Under the pieces are notes generated by a model. That model was not told the DNA's origin and did not search any database. It worked only from the letters and a program-made list of their open reading frames with translations. A stretch of DNA of 63,723 nucleotides from Gemmatimonas sp. (GTDB lineage Bacteria; Krumholzibacteriota; Krumholzibacteriia; LZORAL124-64-63), in assembly GCA_013824755.1 (NCBI GenBank), contig PNOJ01000002.1:1-63723 (forward strand), read 5' to 3'. Shown here piece after piece: positions 11,151 through 19,816 of this stretch. The stretch's first letter is position 1. Every line of letters begins with the position of its first letter. The position numbers and the translations under genes are program-made.

Positions 11151-11848
11151 GCCCGCGCGCCCCCGCCACGGACGTCTTCGCCGCCGCCGGCGGCTACGAC
11201 GCCTTCATCGCGCGCGATCCCGACGGGCCGGTGCCCGCCGCCGATCCGGCCGGCGCGGTGTTCAAGCGCCTGGTCGACCTGCTGGGCGCCGCCTGCGGCC
11301 TGCTGCTCGTGCTGCCGGTGTTCCCGCTGATCGTGCTGCTGATCCGGCTCGACTCCCCGGGGCCGGTGTTCTTCCGCCAGCGGCGCGTCGGCCTGCGGGG
11401 CCGTGTCTTCGACTGCTACAAGTTCCGGTCCATGGTCGCGGACGCCGAGGTGCGCAAGGAGGAGCTCACCCATCTGAACGAGGCCAGCGGCGCCGCCTTC
11501 AAGATCGAACGCGACCCGCGCATCACCGGCGTCGGCCGCTTCCTGCGGCGCAGCAGCCTCGACGAGTTCCCGCAGCTGTACAACGTGCTGCGCGGCGAGA
11601 TGTCGGTGGTGGGCCCGCGCCCCCAGATCCCCAGCGAGGTGGCCGCCTACACGCCGGCCCAGGCGCGCCGGCTCCAGGTCAGACCCGGGCTGACCTGCCT
11701 GTGGCAGGTGTCGGGCCGCAGCCATCTCGACTTCGAGGACTGGATGGAACTGGACCTCGAGTACGTGCGCCGGCGCAGCCCGGCCTTCGACCTGCACATC
11801 CTCTCGCGCACGATTCCGGCCGTCATCGAGCGCAAGGGGGCTTACTGA
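11147..11848 (+). CDS. polyprenyl-phosphate sugar-phosphate transferase (bacterial sugar transferase family, WbaP/WcaJ C-terminal type)
   Basis: GTG 11147 (GTGA overlap). Motifs: FKRLVDL..., SPGPVFFRQRRVG, KFRSM, DPRITGVGRFLRRSSLDEFPQLYNVLRGEMSVVGPRP. Confidence 0.85.
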   Translation: MSPRAPATDVFAAAGGYDAFIARDPDGPVPAADPAGAVFKRLVDLLGAACGLLLVLPVFPLIVLLIRLDSPGPVFFRQRRVGLRGRVFDCYKFRSMVADAEVRKEELTHLNEASGAAFKIERDPRITGVGRFLRRSSLDEFPQLYNVLRGEMSVVGPRPQIPSEVAAYTPAQARRLQVRPGLTCLWQVSGRSHLDFEDWMELDLEYVRRRSPAFDLHILSRTIPAVIERKGAY

Positions 11849-12216
11849 TGCTCGGGATCGGCAGCGACATCGTCGAGGTCGCGCGCATCCGCCTCGCGGT
11901 CGAGCGCCACGGCGACCGCTTCCTGCAGCGCTGCTTCCGGCCCGACGAGATCGCCCTGGCGGCGCGTCGCGGCGCCCAGGGGGCGGCCACGCTCGCCTCG
12001 CGGTGGGCCGCGAAGGAGGCCTTCGTCAAGGCGCTCGGCGCCGCCGGCCCCGTCGCCTACCGGGACGTCGAGGTCGTCCATTGCGACGGGGGGCCGGCGG
12101 TCCTGCGCCTGCACGGCCGCGCGGCCGAGGCCCTGCGCGAGCGCGGGGGAGGGCGCGTCCTGCTCTCCCTGAGCCACGAGCGCGAGGTCGCCCTGGCCGT
12201 CGTGGTCCTCGACTGA
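11848..12216 (+). CDS. acpS: holo-[acyl-carrier-protein] synthase
   Basis: ATG 11848 overlaps the upstream TGA by 1 nt. Motifs: MLGIGSDIVEV ... RWAAKEAFVKALG ... LSLSHE. Confidence 0.85.
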   Translation: MLGIGSDIVEVARIRLAVERHGDRFLQRCFRPDEIALAARRGAQGAATLASRWAAKEAFVKALGAAGPVAYRDVEVVHCDGGPAVLRLHGRAAEALRERGGGRVLLSLSHEREVALAVVVLD

Positions 12217-12301
12217 CGGCAGCCGCCCCGTCATCCCCTGCTTGCACCACCGCGGGCCAGCGGTTAGGATGCCCGCGACGTCGCCGAGTCCCCCTGCCAC
12301 C

Positions 12302-13240
12302 ATGGGGTCCCGCTTGTTCGAACGCGAATTCATGCACCTGGACCTGTACACCCGCGCGCCCTTCGGCGGCAGCCGCTTGACGCTGTTCCCCGACGCGACC
12401 GGCCTGCCGACGGCCCTGCTGCAGGTCATCGCGCGGGAGATGGGCACCGGGGAGACCGCCTTCGCGGAGCCCGCTCTCGGCGAGGGCAACCGCGCGCGCC
12501 TGCGGATCTTCACGCCCAAGGGGGAGGTCCCCCTGTCCGGGCTCTCGATCATGGGCGCCACCTGCGGTCTGGACGCCTGCGGCCTGGTCGCGCGGGGCGA
12601 GGACGAGACCCGCTTCCACTGGCGCACCGAGGCCGGCGAGTTCCCGGTCGTGCTGTCGGAGGTCGACGGCGCGACGCTCTACTCGCTGGTGCACGAGCCC
12701 GCGGAATTCATCGGGCAGTACTACCAGCGGGGCAAGGTGGCCCGGGCGCTCGGCGTGGAGGAGACCGACCTCGCCATCACGGGCCTGCCCTGCGAGATCG
12801 TCTCGGCGGGGTTGCCCATCCACATCGTCCCGATGGGTTCGCTCGCGGCGGTGCAGTCCATCAGCTTCGACCGGACGGCGGCGCGGGAGATCTCCCGCGA
12901 CCTGGGTTTCGGCGACCTCTTCGTCTTCACCTGCGAAGCCGAGGGCGCCGGGGTCGACGTGCACTGCCGCATGTTCGCCCAGGATTTCGGCATCCCCGAG
13001 GACGCGGCGACCGGCAGCGCGGCGGGCGCCCTGATCGCCTACATGATCAAGCACCGCCTGGTGCCGCCGTCGCCCCGCGTCCGCATCGTCTGCGAGCAAG
13101 GCCTGGAAATGAAGCGGCCCAGCCGCCTCTACGCCGAGGCCGAGATCCGCGACGGCCGCTGCGGCGCCATCCGCGTCGGCGGACACGGCGTCCTGATCGC
13201 GCAGGGACGCCTGCGCTTCGACCAGGGATCGGTCGCCTGA
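12302..13240 (+). CDS. PhzF-family isomerase-like protein
   Basis: Motifs GETAFA and PEDAATGSAAGAL; two-domain length. Start is uncertain (ATG 12302 or 12332; the ORF track gives 12242). Confidence 0.7.
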   Translation: MGSRLFEREFMHLDLYTRAPFGGSRLTLFPDATGLPTALLQVIAREMGTGETAFAEPALGEGNRARLRIFTPKGEVPLSGLSIMGATCGLDACGLVARGEDETRFHWRTEAGEFPVVLSEVDGATLYSLVHEPAEFIGQYYQRGKVARALGVEETDLAITGLPCEIVSAGLPIHIVPMGSLAAVQSISFDRTAAREISRDLGFGDLFVFTCEAEGAGVDVHCRMFAQDFGIPEDAATGSAAGALIAYMIKHRLVPPSPRVRIVCEQGLEMKRPSRLYAEAEIRDGRCGAIRVGGHGVLIAQGRLRFDQGSVA

Positions 13241-13280
13241 GGCCGTCCCCGCATCCGAACACCGTCTCCAGGAGAGAATC

Positions 13281-14942
13281 ATGACCCAGTCCGCCGGCCT
13301 GTCGACCGAGATGCGTGAGATGATGGTCCAGACGCTGCGCCAGGTCGTGCAGCGCGACCTGCCCGACGCCGCCCTGCTCGGCCTCGATGCGCGCGACGAG
13401 TTTCCCGTCGCCTTCATCCGGCAGCTGCTGTCGCCCGACGTCGGCCTGCACCTGATCTTCCTGCCCGAGGACGTCGGCGGGCTCGGCGGCGGCGCCCTGG
13501 ACATCTGCCGCGTGAGCGAGGAGATGGCCGCCATCGACCTCGGCGTGGCGACCGCCTTCCTGGCGATCTGCCTGGGCACCGACCCGATCATCGTCGGCGG
13601 CACCCCGGAGCAGAAGTCGCACTGGCTGGGCCGCATCGCCGCCGAGGGTCTGATCGTCGCCTACGGCGTGACCGAACCGGCCGCCGGCAGCAACGTGGCC
13701 GCGCTGCAGACGCGTGCCGACCGCGTGACCGACGCCGACGGCAACGTCACCGGCTACCGGCTCAACGGCACCAAGCAGTTCATCACCAACGGCGGCGTGG
13801 CCGAGCTCTACACCATCCTGGCCAAGACGCCCGACGGCCCCTCCTTCTTCGTGGTGGAGCGGTCGGCCCCGGGCCTCAGCTCCGGCAAGCACGAGGACAA
13901 GCACGGCATCCGGGCCTCGGACACCAGCGGCGTCGTGCTGGAGGACGTGGTGGTCCCGGCCTCCCAGCTGATCGGCGGCGTGGAGGGGCAGGGCCTCAAG
14001 CAGGCCAACGCCGTGTTCGGCTACACGCGCGTGATGGTCGGGGCCTTCGGTCTCGGCGCCGGCCAGGCGGCGCTCGACCGGGCCGTGCGCTACGCCCGCG
14101 AGCGCATCCAGTTCGGCTCGCCCCTGATCGAGAAGGAGGGCTACGGCAGCAAGCTCATCGCGCCCCACTGGATCGCGCTGGCCGCCGGCCGCGCCTACGT
14201 GGAGGAGATCGCCGGGCGCCTGGACGGCGGCGAACCCGACCTGCAGGTCGAGGGCTCGATCGCCAAGTACTGGTCCACCGAAGCGGGCAACCGGGCGGCC
14301 GAGGCGGCCATCCAGGCCCTCGGCGGCTACGGCTACGCTCGCGAGTACATGGTCGAGAAGATCAAGCGCGACGTGCGCATCACCACGATCTACGAGGGCA
14401 CCAGCGAGATCCAGCAGAGCATCATCTTCATGTTCCGCTGGAAGGCGACCGTGCGCGGCAAGGGCGCCTGGTACGAGGAATTGGCCGCGGGGCTCGCGGC
14501 GCTCCACGCCGTGCACGACGGGCTGGGCGCCGGGATCGCGGCGGCGGCGGTCCGCGACCTCAACGCGACGATCCTGCACGCGCACGCCCGCAAGACGACG
14601 AGCCGCCAGTCGCTGCAGTTCCGGCTGGCCGACATGATGACCGCCTGCGAGGTGGCCGGCGCCTTCTGCCGCCGGGCGGCCGCGCTGGCCGCCGCCGGCG
14701 ACCCCGACGCCGCGGCCGTCGCCGCGATGAGCCGGGTGAACGCCCGCCTGGCGCTGACGGCCGTGCGCGAGGGCGCCGCGGTCTGCGCCTTCGGCTGCGC
14801 GGGCGACGGGACGGCGCCCGACGGGGAGTCCCCGCGGGACTTCCTGGCGCGGCTGGCCTGCAGCGATCCGCAGGCCTGCTGCGAGGGACTGCTGGACGAC
14901 CTGGCGGCCGTGACCGACCACGTGAAGTCGAAGGTGACATGA
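13281..14942 (+). CDS. acyl-CoA dehydrogenase with a ~170-aa Ala-rich C-terminal extension
   Basis: RBS AGGAGAG upstream. ACAD motifs: YGVTEPAAGSN, NGTKQFITNG, IQALGGYGY, IYEGTSEIQ. Followed by a helical, alanine-rich tail. Confidence 0.9.
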   Translation: MTQSAGLSTEMREMMVQTLRQVVQRDLPDAALLGLDARDEFPVAFIRQLLSPDVGLHLIFLPEDVGGLGGGALDICRVSEEMAAIDLGVATAFLAICLGTDPIIVGGTPEQKSHWLGRIAAEGLIVAYGVTEPAAGSNVAALQTRADRVTDADGNVTGYRLNGTKQFITNGGVAELYTILAKTPDGPSFFVVERSAPGLSSGKHEDKHGIRASDTSGVVLEDVVVPASQLIGGVEGQGLKQANAVFGYTRVMVGAFGLGAGQAALDRAVRYARERIQFGSPLIEKEGYGSKLIAPHWIALAAGRAYVEEIAGRLDGGEPDLQVEGSIAKYWSTEAGNRAAEAAIQALGGYGYAREYMVEKIKRDVRITTIYEGTSEIQQSIIFMFRWKATVRGKGAWYEELAAGLAALHAVHDGLGAGIAAAAVRDLNATILHAHARKTTSRQSLQFRLADMMTACEVAGAFCRRAAALAAAGDPDAAAVAAMSRVNARLALTAVREGAAVCAFGCAGDGTAPDGESPRDFLARLACSDPQACCEGLLDDLAAVTDHVKSKVT

Positions 14943-15232
14943 GCGACGGGGGCCGTCCGCCGAGCCTGGACCCCGCCGACGACGCGTTCCTCGCCGACCT
15001 GGCGGCGCGCGTGCGGGGCGCGGGCCTGGCGACGCCGGCCCTGCTGTGGCTGGCGAGTTCCCGACCGCTGTCGTTCCTGGGATCCCAGGCCCTGCACGTC
15101 GCGAGCCCGCTCTGCGACCTCGCGGTGCCGGGAGGGGGCACGGCCCGCCTGGCGCGCATCCTGGAGCGGCGCAGCCACTTCGACCGCCTGCTGGACCACC
15201 TGGAAGGGCCGCGTCCGGAGGCGGGCCCGTGA
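14939..15232 (+). CDS. 97-aa hypothetical protein, translationally coupled to the ACAD gene
   Basis: ATGA overlap with the ACAD stop. Strong G/C third-position bias in this frame. One hydrophobic stretch (ATPALLWLASSRPLSFLG). No recognisable motif. Confidence 0.45.
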   Translation: MSDGGRPPSLDPADDAFLADLAARVRGAGLATPALLWLASSRPLSFLGSQALHVASPLCDLAVPGGGTARLARILERRSHFDRLLDHLEGPRPEAGP

Positions 15233-16041
15233 ACGGCTGGCTGGCGCCCGGGACCTGGAACATCGCGCTGGTCGGCGCGACGGTCTGCACCCTGATCGTG
15301 GTCTCGGTGGTCCGGGCCCGCCGCGGCGCGCACGTGCCGGTGCGGTCCTTCCCGCCGCTGCTCGCCCTGGACCGCGCCGTCGCCGACGCCGTCGCGCAGG
15401 GGCGTCCCGTCTACTTCGTGGCCGGTTCCCAGGATCTCGACAACATGCAGACGGTCGCGGCGCTGGCCGTCCTGCGTCCGCTGGCGCGCAAGGTCGCCGA
15501 AGCCGGCGGCCGCCTCTTCGTGCCGACCAACCGCAGCCTGGTCATGGACAACGCGCGGGAGATCTGCCGCCGCGCCTACGACGACGCCGGCCGCGGGGAT
15601 CTCTGGCGCGACGACTGGGTCGCCTACATCTCGGACGACCACCTCGGCTTCGTGGCGCGGGTGGACGGGCTGATCGCCCGCGAGCGCCCCGGCCTCTGCG
15701 TCCTGATGGGCTTCTTCGCTTCGGAGTCGCTGCTGCTCGCCGAGGGCGGGCACCAGGTCGGGGCCGTGCAGATCGCCGGCACCGCCAGCGCGGTCCAGCT
15801 GCCCTTCCTGGTGGCGTCGTGCGACCACGTGCTGATCGGCGAGGAACTCTTCGCCGCGGGGGCTTCCCTGGAAGGCGACGCCGCCCGCCTCGGCAGCCTG
15901 CGGGGCCAGGACCTCTGCAAGCTGGCGGCCGCGGCCTGCCTCGTCGCGGGCAGCCTCGTGGCGACCCTCGCGGACGTGACCGGGGCGCAGCCGTGGCTGT
16001 TCCTGCGCGACGCCTTCCTCAACGTCTTCAGGGCGGGGTGA
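15229..16041 (+). CDS. hypothetical membrane-anchored protein (N-terminal TM plus ~200-aa domain plus C-terminal hydrophobic segment)
   Basis: GTG 15229 (GTGA overlap), within ORF 15046..16041. Good GC3 bias. N-terminal TM WNIALVGATVCTLIVVSVV. No family recognised. Confidence 0.6.
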   Translation: MNGWLAPGTWNIALVGATVCTLIVVSVVRARRGAHVPVRSFPPLLALDRAVADAVAQGRPVYFVAGSQDLDNMQTVAALAVLRPLARKVAEAGGRLFVPTNRSLVMDNAREICRRAYDDAGRGDLWRDDWVAYISDDHLGFVARVDGLIARERPGLCVLMGFFASESLLLAEGGHQVGAVQIAGTASAVQLPFLVASCDHVLIGEELFAAGASLEGDAARLGSLRGQDLCKLAAAACLVAGSLVATLADVTGAQPWLFLRDAFLNVFRAG

Positions 16042-16763
16042 GCGGCGTGAAGCAGCGCGTGCCGCAGATCATCCTGACCGTCGTGGCGCTGCTGCTGATC
16101 GCCTCGGCCTTCGTCGCGCGGCCCGAGGGGAGCGAGGCGCCGTTCGGGCAGCGGCTGCTGGCCTTCGCCGACCAGGAGTTCGCCACCTGGTTCAGCATCC
16201 TCGCGGTCTTCGCCTTCCTGCTGGGCGGACTGAACCTCGTCGCGACGCACCTGGTGAAGGTCCGGGACCGCGGCCCGGACCGGTACTACTCGCTGGTCAC
16301 CCTGGTCTCGTTCCTGATCGTGCTGGTGATCGGCACGGCCAAGCTGGGCGGCCCCCCGGGCCTGCAGGGGGACGTCACCGCGCCCGGCAGCTGGCTGACC
16401 GCGGTGTTCGACGCCGTGCTCAGCCCCCTGCACGCGACGCTCTACAGCCTGCTGGCCTTCTACATCGCCTCGGCGTCGTACCGCGCCTTCCGCGCGCGCT
16501 CCCTGGAGTCGAGCCTGCTGCTGGCCTCGGCCCTGATCGTCCTGCTCGGCCGCATCCCCGCCGGGCGCCACCTGACGGCCTGGGTCCCGGAACCGCTGGC
16601 CTTCCTGCGGGTCGAGGAACTGTCCCTCTGGATCCTGCGCGTGCCCAACACCGCCGGGCAGCGGGCCCTGATGATCGGGATCGCCCTGGGCGTCATCGCC
16701 CTGGCGGTGCGCATGATCGCCGGCGTGGAGAAGGACCCCCGTTCCGGAGGCGACGGCTCATGA
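16038..16763 (+). CDS. hypothetical polytopic membrane protein
   Basis: GTG 16038 (GTGA overlap; alternative GTG at 16047), within ORF 15819..16763. At least five or six hydrophobic helices. No family recognised. Confidence 0.6.
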   Translation: MSGVKQRVPQIILTVVALLLIASAFVARPEGSEAPFGQRLLAFADQEFATWFSILAVFAFLLGGLNLVATHLVKVRDRGPDRYYSLVTLVSFLIVLVIGTAKLGGPPGLQGDVTAPGSWLTAVFDAVLSPLHATLYSLLAFYIASASYRAFRARSLESSLLLASALIVLLGRIPAGRHLTAWVPEPLAFLRVEELSLWILRVPNTAGQRALMIGIALGVIALAVRMIAGVEKDPRSGGDGS

Positions 16764-17633
16764 ACGACCGCTGCGACCGGATCGCCTCCTGGCTCGAGAC
16801 CCTGGACCGGCGCTGGATCTTCCTGGTGCTGGCGGTGGTGGTGGTGGCCGCGCTGCTCTCGGGCGTGAGCACGCCCGACCGGGCCACCTCCGTCGTCCAG
16901 CCGATCTACGACCGCATCGAGAACCTGCCGGACGGCGCGCCGATCCTGCTGTCGCTGGACTACTCGCCCAGCTCGGCGCCCGAGTTGGAGCCCATGGCCG
17001 ACGCCCTCACGCAGCACGCGTTGCTGACCGGACACCCGATCTGCTACATGTCGCTGTACCCCACGGGCAACAACATGATCTCGCGCGTGGAGGAGCGCGT
17101 CATCGCGCGGGAGTTCCCGCAGGCCGTCCCCGCCCGCGACTGGGTCTCGCTCGGCTTCCAGGTCGGCGGGGAGATGCTCATCAACAGCCTGCGCGATTCG
17201 CTGACCGCGCGCTACCCCACGGACGTGACCGGCCGGCCGCTGCGGGACGTCCCGGCTGCGCGGCGTGAGGGGCCTCGGCGACTTCGGCTTGATCGTCAGC
17301 CTGTCGGCGGGCCAGCCGGGTCTCAAGGAGTGGATCCTGTACGCCGGCGACGTGCTCGACGTGCCGCTCGCGGGCGGCTGCACCGGCGTCGGCGCGCCGC
17401 AGTTCTTCCCCTACTACCCCCTGCAGATCCTCGGCCTGATGAGCGCCCTGAAAGGGGCGGCCGAATACGAGGCCGCGCTCGCCCGGGGCCACCCCGAGTT
17501 CACGGCCGCCAACCAGGCGGCCACCCGCGGGATGGGGCCCCAGTCGGCCGCGCATCTGGTGATCGTCGCCTTCATCCTGCTGGGCAACGCGGGCCTGGTG
17601 TTGCGCCGCCTCGCGCGGCGGAGGTCGCCGTGA
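16760..17633 (+). pseudogene. hypothetical membrane-anchored protein, reading frame broken by an apparent 1-nt insertion near 17252-17255
   Basis: ATG 16760 (ATGA overlap). The plausible sequence runs to ...TGRPLRDVP and continues only in the next frame (ORF 17265..17633: LRGVRGLGDFGLIVSLSAG...), ending at TGA 17633. The original frame turns into Arg-rich junk. Confidence 0.55.
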
Positions 17634-18322
17634 TCGCCGCCATCCACCTCAGCGGGGACCTGCAGGTCTGGATCGGCGCGCTGCTGACCCTGATGGTCTT
17701 CTCCTTCCTCTGGCGGGACAACCCGTTCTACAAGTTCGCCGAACACGTGTTCGTCGGCGTGTCGGCGGCCTACTGGATGGTGATGGGCTTCTGGACGACC
17801 CTCTGGCCGGCGCTGGTGCTGAAGCTCTTCCCGGCCGCGGGCCGCTGGTCCAGCCCCGAGGCGCCGGTGGGCGCCTGGGATCCCGTGGCCCTGATCCCCG
17901 CGGCGCTGGGCCTGCTGATGCTGGCGCGCCTGTGGCCGCGGCTGGCCTGGCTCGGCAAGTGGCCCACCGCGTTCGCCCTCGGCACCACGGCCGGCTATTC
18001 CCTGGTGCGCTACCTGAGGTCGGATTTCCTCTACCAGATCGAGGCCACCATCGGCACGGGGCTGGCCCCGACGTCGGCCGGCCGCTGGCTCTGGCAGGAG
18101 AGCCTGGCCCAACTGCTGGTGCTGGCCGGCACGGTCAGCGGCCTGATCTACTTCGTCAACACGCGCGAACAGCGGGGCGCCTACGGGCGGGTGGCCCGCT
18201 GGGGCCTGCTGGTGCTGATGATCACCTTCGGGGCCTCGTTCGGTTCGGCCGTCATGGGGCGCGTGGCGCTGCTGGTCGGCAGGTTCCAGGAACTGCTGGG
18301 CCCCTGGTTGGGTATCTTGTGA
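17630..18322 (+). CDS. hypothetical polytopic membrane protein
   Basis: GTG 17630 (GTGA overlap with the stop of the shifted frame). VIAAIHLSGDLQVWIGALLTLMVFSFLWRDNPFYKF... with several TM helices. No family recognised. Confidence 0.6.
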   Translation: MIAAIHLSGDLQVWIGALLTLMVFSFLWRDNPFYKFAEHVFVGVSAAYWMVMGFWTTLWPALVLKLFPAAGRWSSPEAPVGAWDPVALIPAALGLLMLARLWPRLAWLGKWPTAFALGTTAGYSLVRYLRSDFLYQIEATIGTGLAPTSAGRWLWQESLAQLLVLAGTVSGLIYFVNTREQRGAYGRVARWGLLVLMITFGASFGSAVMGRVALLVGRFQELLGPWLGIL

Positions 18323-18341
18323 ACGATTCCCGGGGGGCGGC

Positions 18342-18371
18342 TTGACGGGGGGCCGGGCGGGTGCCTAGACT
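18342..18371 (+). promoter_or_regulatory. candidate sigma70-type promoter (TTGACG-N18-TAGACT)
   Basis: TTGACG at 18342-18347 and TAGACT at 18366-18371, in the 109-bp gap before the TPR gene. A 7-bp-arm palindrome GACCGAC-A-GTCGGTC at 18380-18394 lies just downstream. Confidence 0.4.
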
Positions 18372-18431
18372 GGTCGACCGACCGACAGTCGGTCCGCAGG
18401 CGAGGTTCCCGGGCGGCGGAAGGACACGGCG

Positions 18432-19283
18432 TTGACCCACGATCGCATGATCCGCTACTTCGAGATGCAGCAGGATCGCCGGCCCCGTGGCCGGTTCTTC
18501 ATCCCGTTGGCCGACCTCTACCGCGCGACGGGTCGCCTGGAAGCCGCCTCGGCCCTGCTGGAGGAGGGGATCGGCCGGTGCGCCGACTCCCTGTCGGCGC
18601 GGGTCGTCCTGGCCCGCGTGCGGCGGGACCAGGGACGGGCGGCCGACGCGCGCGACCTCGCCCGCGAGGTGCTCGACCGGGATCCCGGCCACCGCGAGGC
18701 GCCGCTGCTGCTGGCGCTTCCGGATCGCGCGCCCGTCGCCGACGAGGTCGCGGCGAGCGGGGCGGCGGCCGGCGACGACCCCGCGGCTGACACGGTCGTC
18801 GCTGCCGCGGCCGAGCCCGACACGACCCTCGCCGACGGGGACGCCGGCGACGCGCCCGCCGCCGAAGCGGCGGCCCCACGGGACGGCACGCCGTGGACCC
18901 CGCCCGGGGAGAGCGGGCCGGCGACGGCGCCGCCCGCACCCGCGGCGGACATCGGTGCGACCCCACGCTTCCTGACCCAGACCCTGGCCGAGATCTACCT
19001 GGCCCAGGGGCATCGCCAGAAGGCGCTCGCGATCCTGCGCCGGCTGCTGGCCGAGCACCCGGAGCGCGAGGACGTGGCCCGCGAGATCGCCGCCCTGGAG
19101 GCGGTCGACGCGACGGCCGAGACGCCGGTCGAGGCGAAGGCGGCCGCGGTGCAGGAAGCGGCGCGGGATGCGGCGCCGACCGGCATCTTCGCGGGCGGCG
19201 CCATCGCCGAGACGCCCCCGCGCGATCCCAACCGCGCCCGCTTCGATGCCTGGCTCGACCGGCAGCGGGACGGCCCGGCGTGA
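18432..19283 (+). CDS. TPR-like repeat protein with a central Ala/Pro/Asp-rich low-complexity linker
   Basis: 283 aa. TTG start per the ORF track (alternative ATG at 18447). TPR-like helices at both ends (LADLYRATGRLEAASALLEEG; LAEIYLAQGHRQKALAILRRLL). Confidence 0.55.
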   Translation: MTHDRMIRYFEMQQDRRPRGRFFIPLADLYRATGRLEAASALLEEGIGRCADSLSARVVLARVRRDQGRAADARDLAREVLDRDPGHREAPLLLALPDRAPVADEVAASGAAAGDDPAADTVVAAAAEPDTTLADGDAGDAPAAEAAAPRDGTPWTPPGESGPATAPPAPAADIGATPRFLTQTLAEIYLAQGHRQKALAILRRLLAEHPEREDVAREIAALEAVDATAETPVEAKAAAVQEAARDAAPTGIFAGGAIAETPPRDPNRARFDAWLDRQRDGPA

Positions 19284-19732
19284 GCGCGCACCTGGTCGCG
19301 ATCCTCAACGGTCCGAACCTGAGCCGGCTCGGCCGGCGCGAGGCGGAGCACTACCCGGCCCTCACGCTCGCGCAGCTCGACGCCGTCTGCGCGGCCGAAG
19401 GCGAGGCGCTGGGCCTGCGCGTCGTCTGCCACCAGACCGAGGCCGAGGGAGAGCTCGTGGCCCTGATCCACCGCTGGGGTGACGAGGCCGACGCGCTGGT
19501 GGTCAACGCCGCCGCCTACACCCACACCTCGGTGGCGGTGCGCGACGCGCTGCTCAGCGTCGCCGTGCCGGTGGTCGAGGTCCACCTATCCAATCCCGAC
19601 GCCCGCGAACCCTTCCGCCGCCAGAACCTGCTGCGGGACGTCGTACGGGCTTCGATCTGCGGTTTCGGCGTCGACAGCTACCGCCTCGCGTTGCGGGGCG
19701 TGCGGGGGCTGCTGGGCGACGGCAACGCCTGA
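19280..19732 (+). CDS. aroQ: 3-dehydroquinate dehydratase, type II
   Basis: GTG 19280 (GTGA overlap). Motifs: ILNGPNLSRLGRRE, NAAAYTHTSVAVRDA, VEVHLSN. Confidence 0.9.
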   Translation: MSAHLVAILNGPNLSRLGRREAEHYPALTLAQLDAVCAAEGEALGLRVVCHQTEAEGELVALIHRWGDEADALVVNAAAYTHTSVAVRDALLSVAVPVVEVHLSNPDAREPFRRQNLLRDVVRASICGFGVDSYRLALRGVRGLLGDGNA

Positions 19733-19761
19733 TTGCCTTCCCGCGGAACAGATGTTATCAA
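19733..19761 (+). promoter_or_regulatory. candidate promoter for efp (TTGCCT-N17-TATCAA)
   Basis: TTGCCT at 19733-19738 and TATCAA at 19756-19761, in a locally AT-richer spacer. RBS AGGAGAG at 19804-19810. Confidence 0.4.
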
Positions 19762-19816
19762 TGGTGGGCTTTTTCACGCTGCCCGACGGGGCGCAACCCG
19801 TACAGGAGAGACCGAG

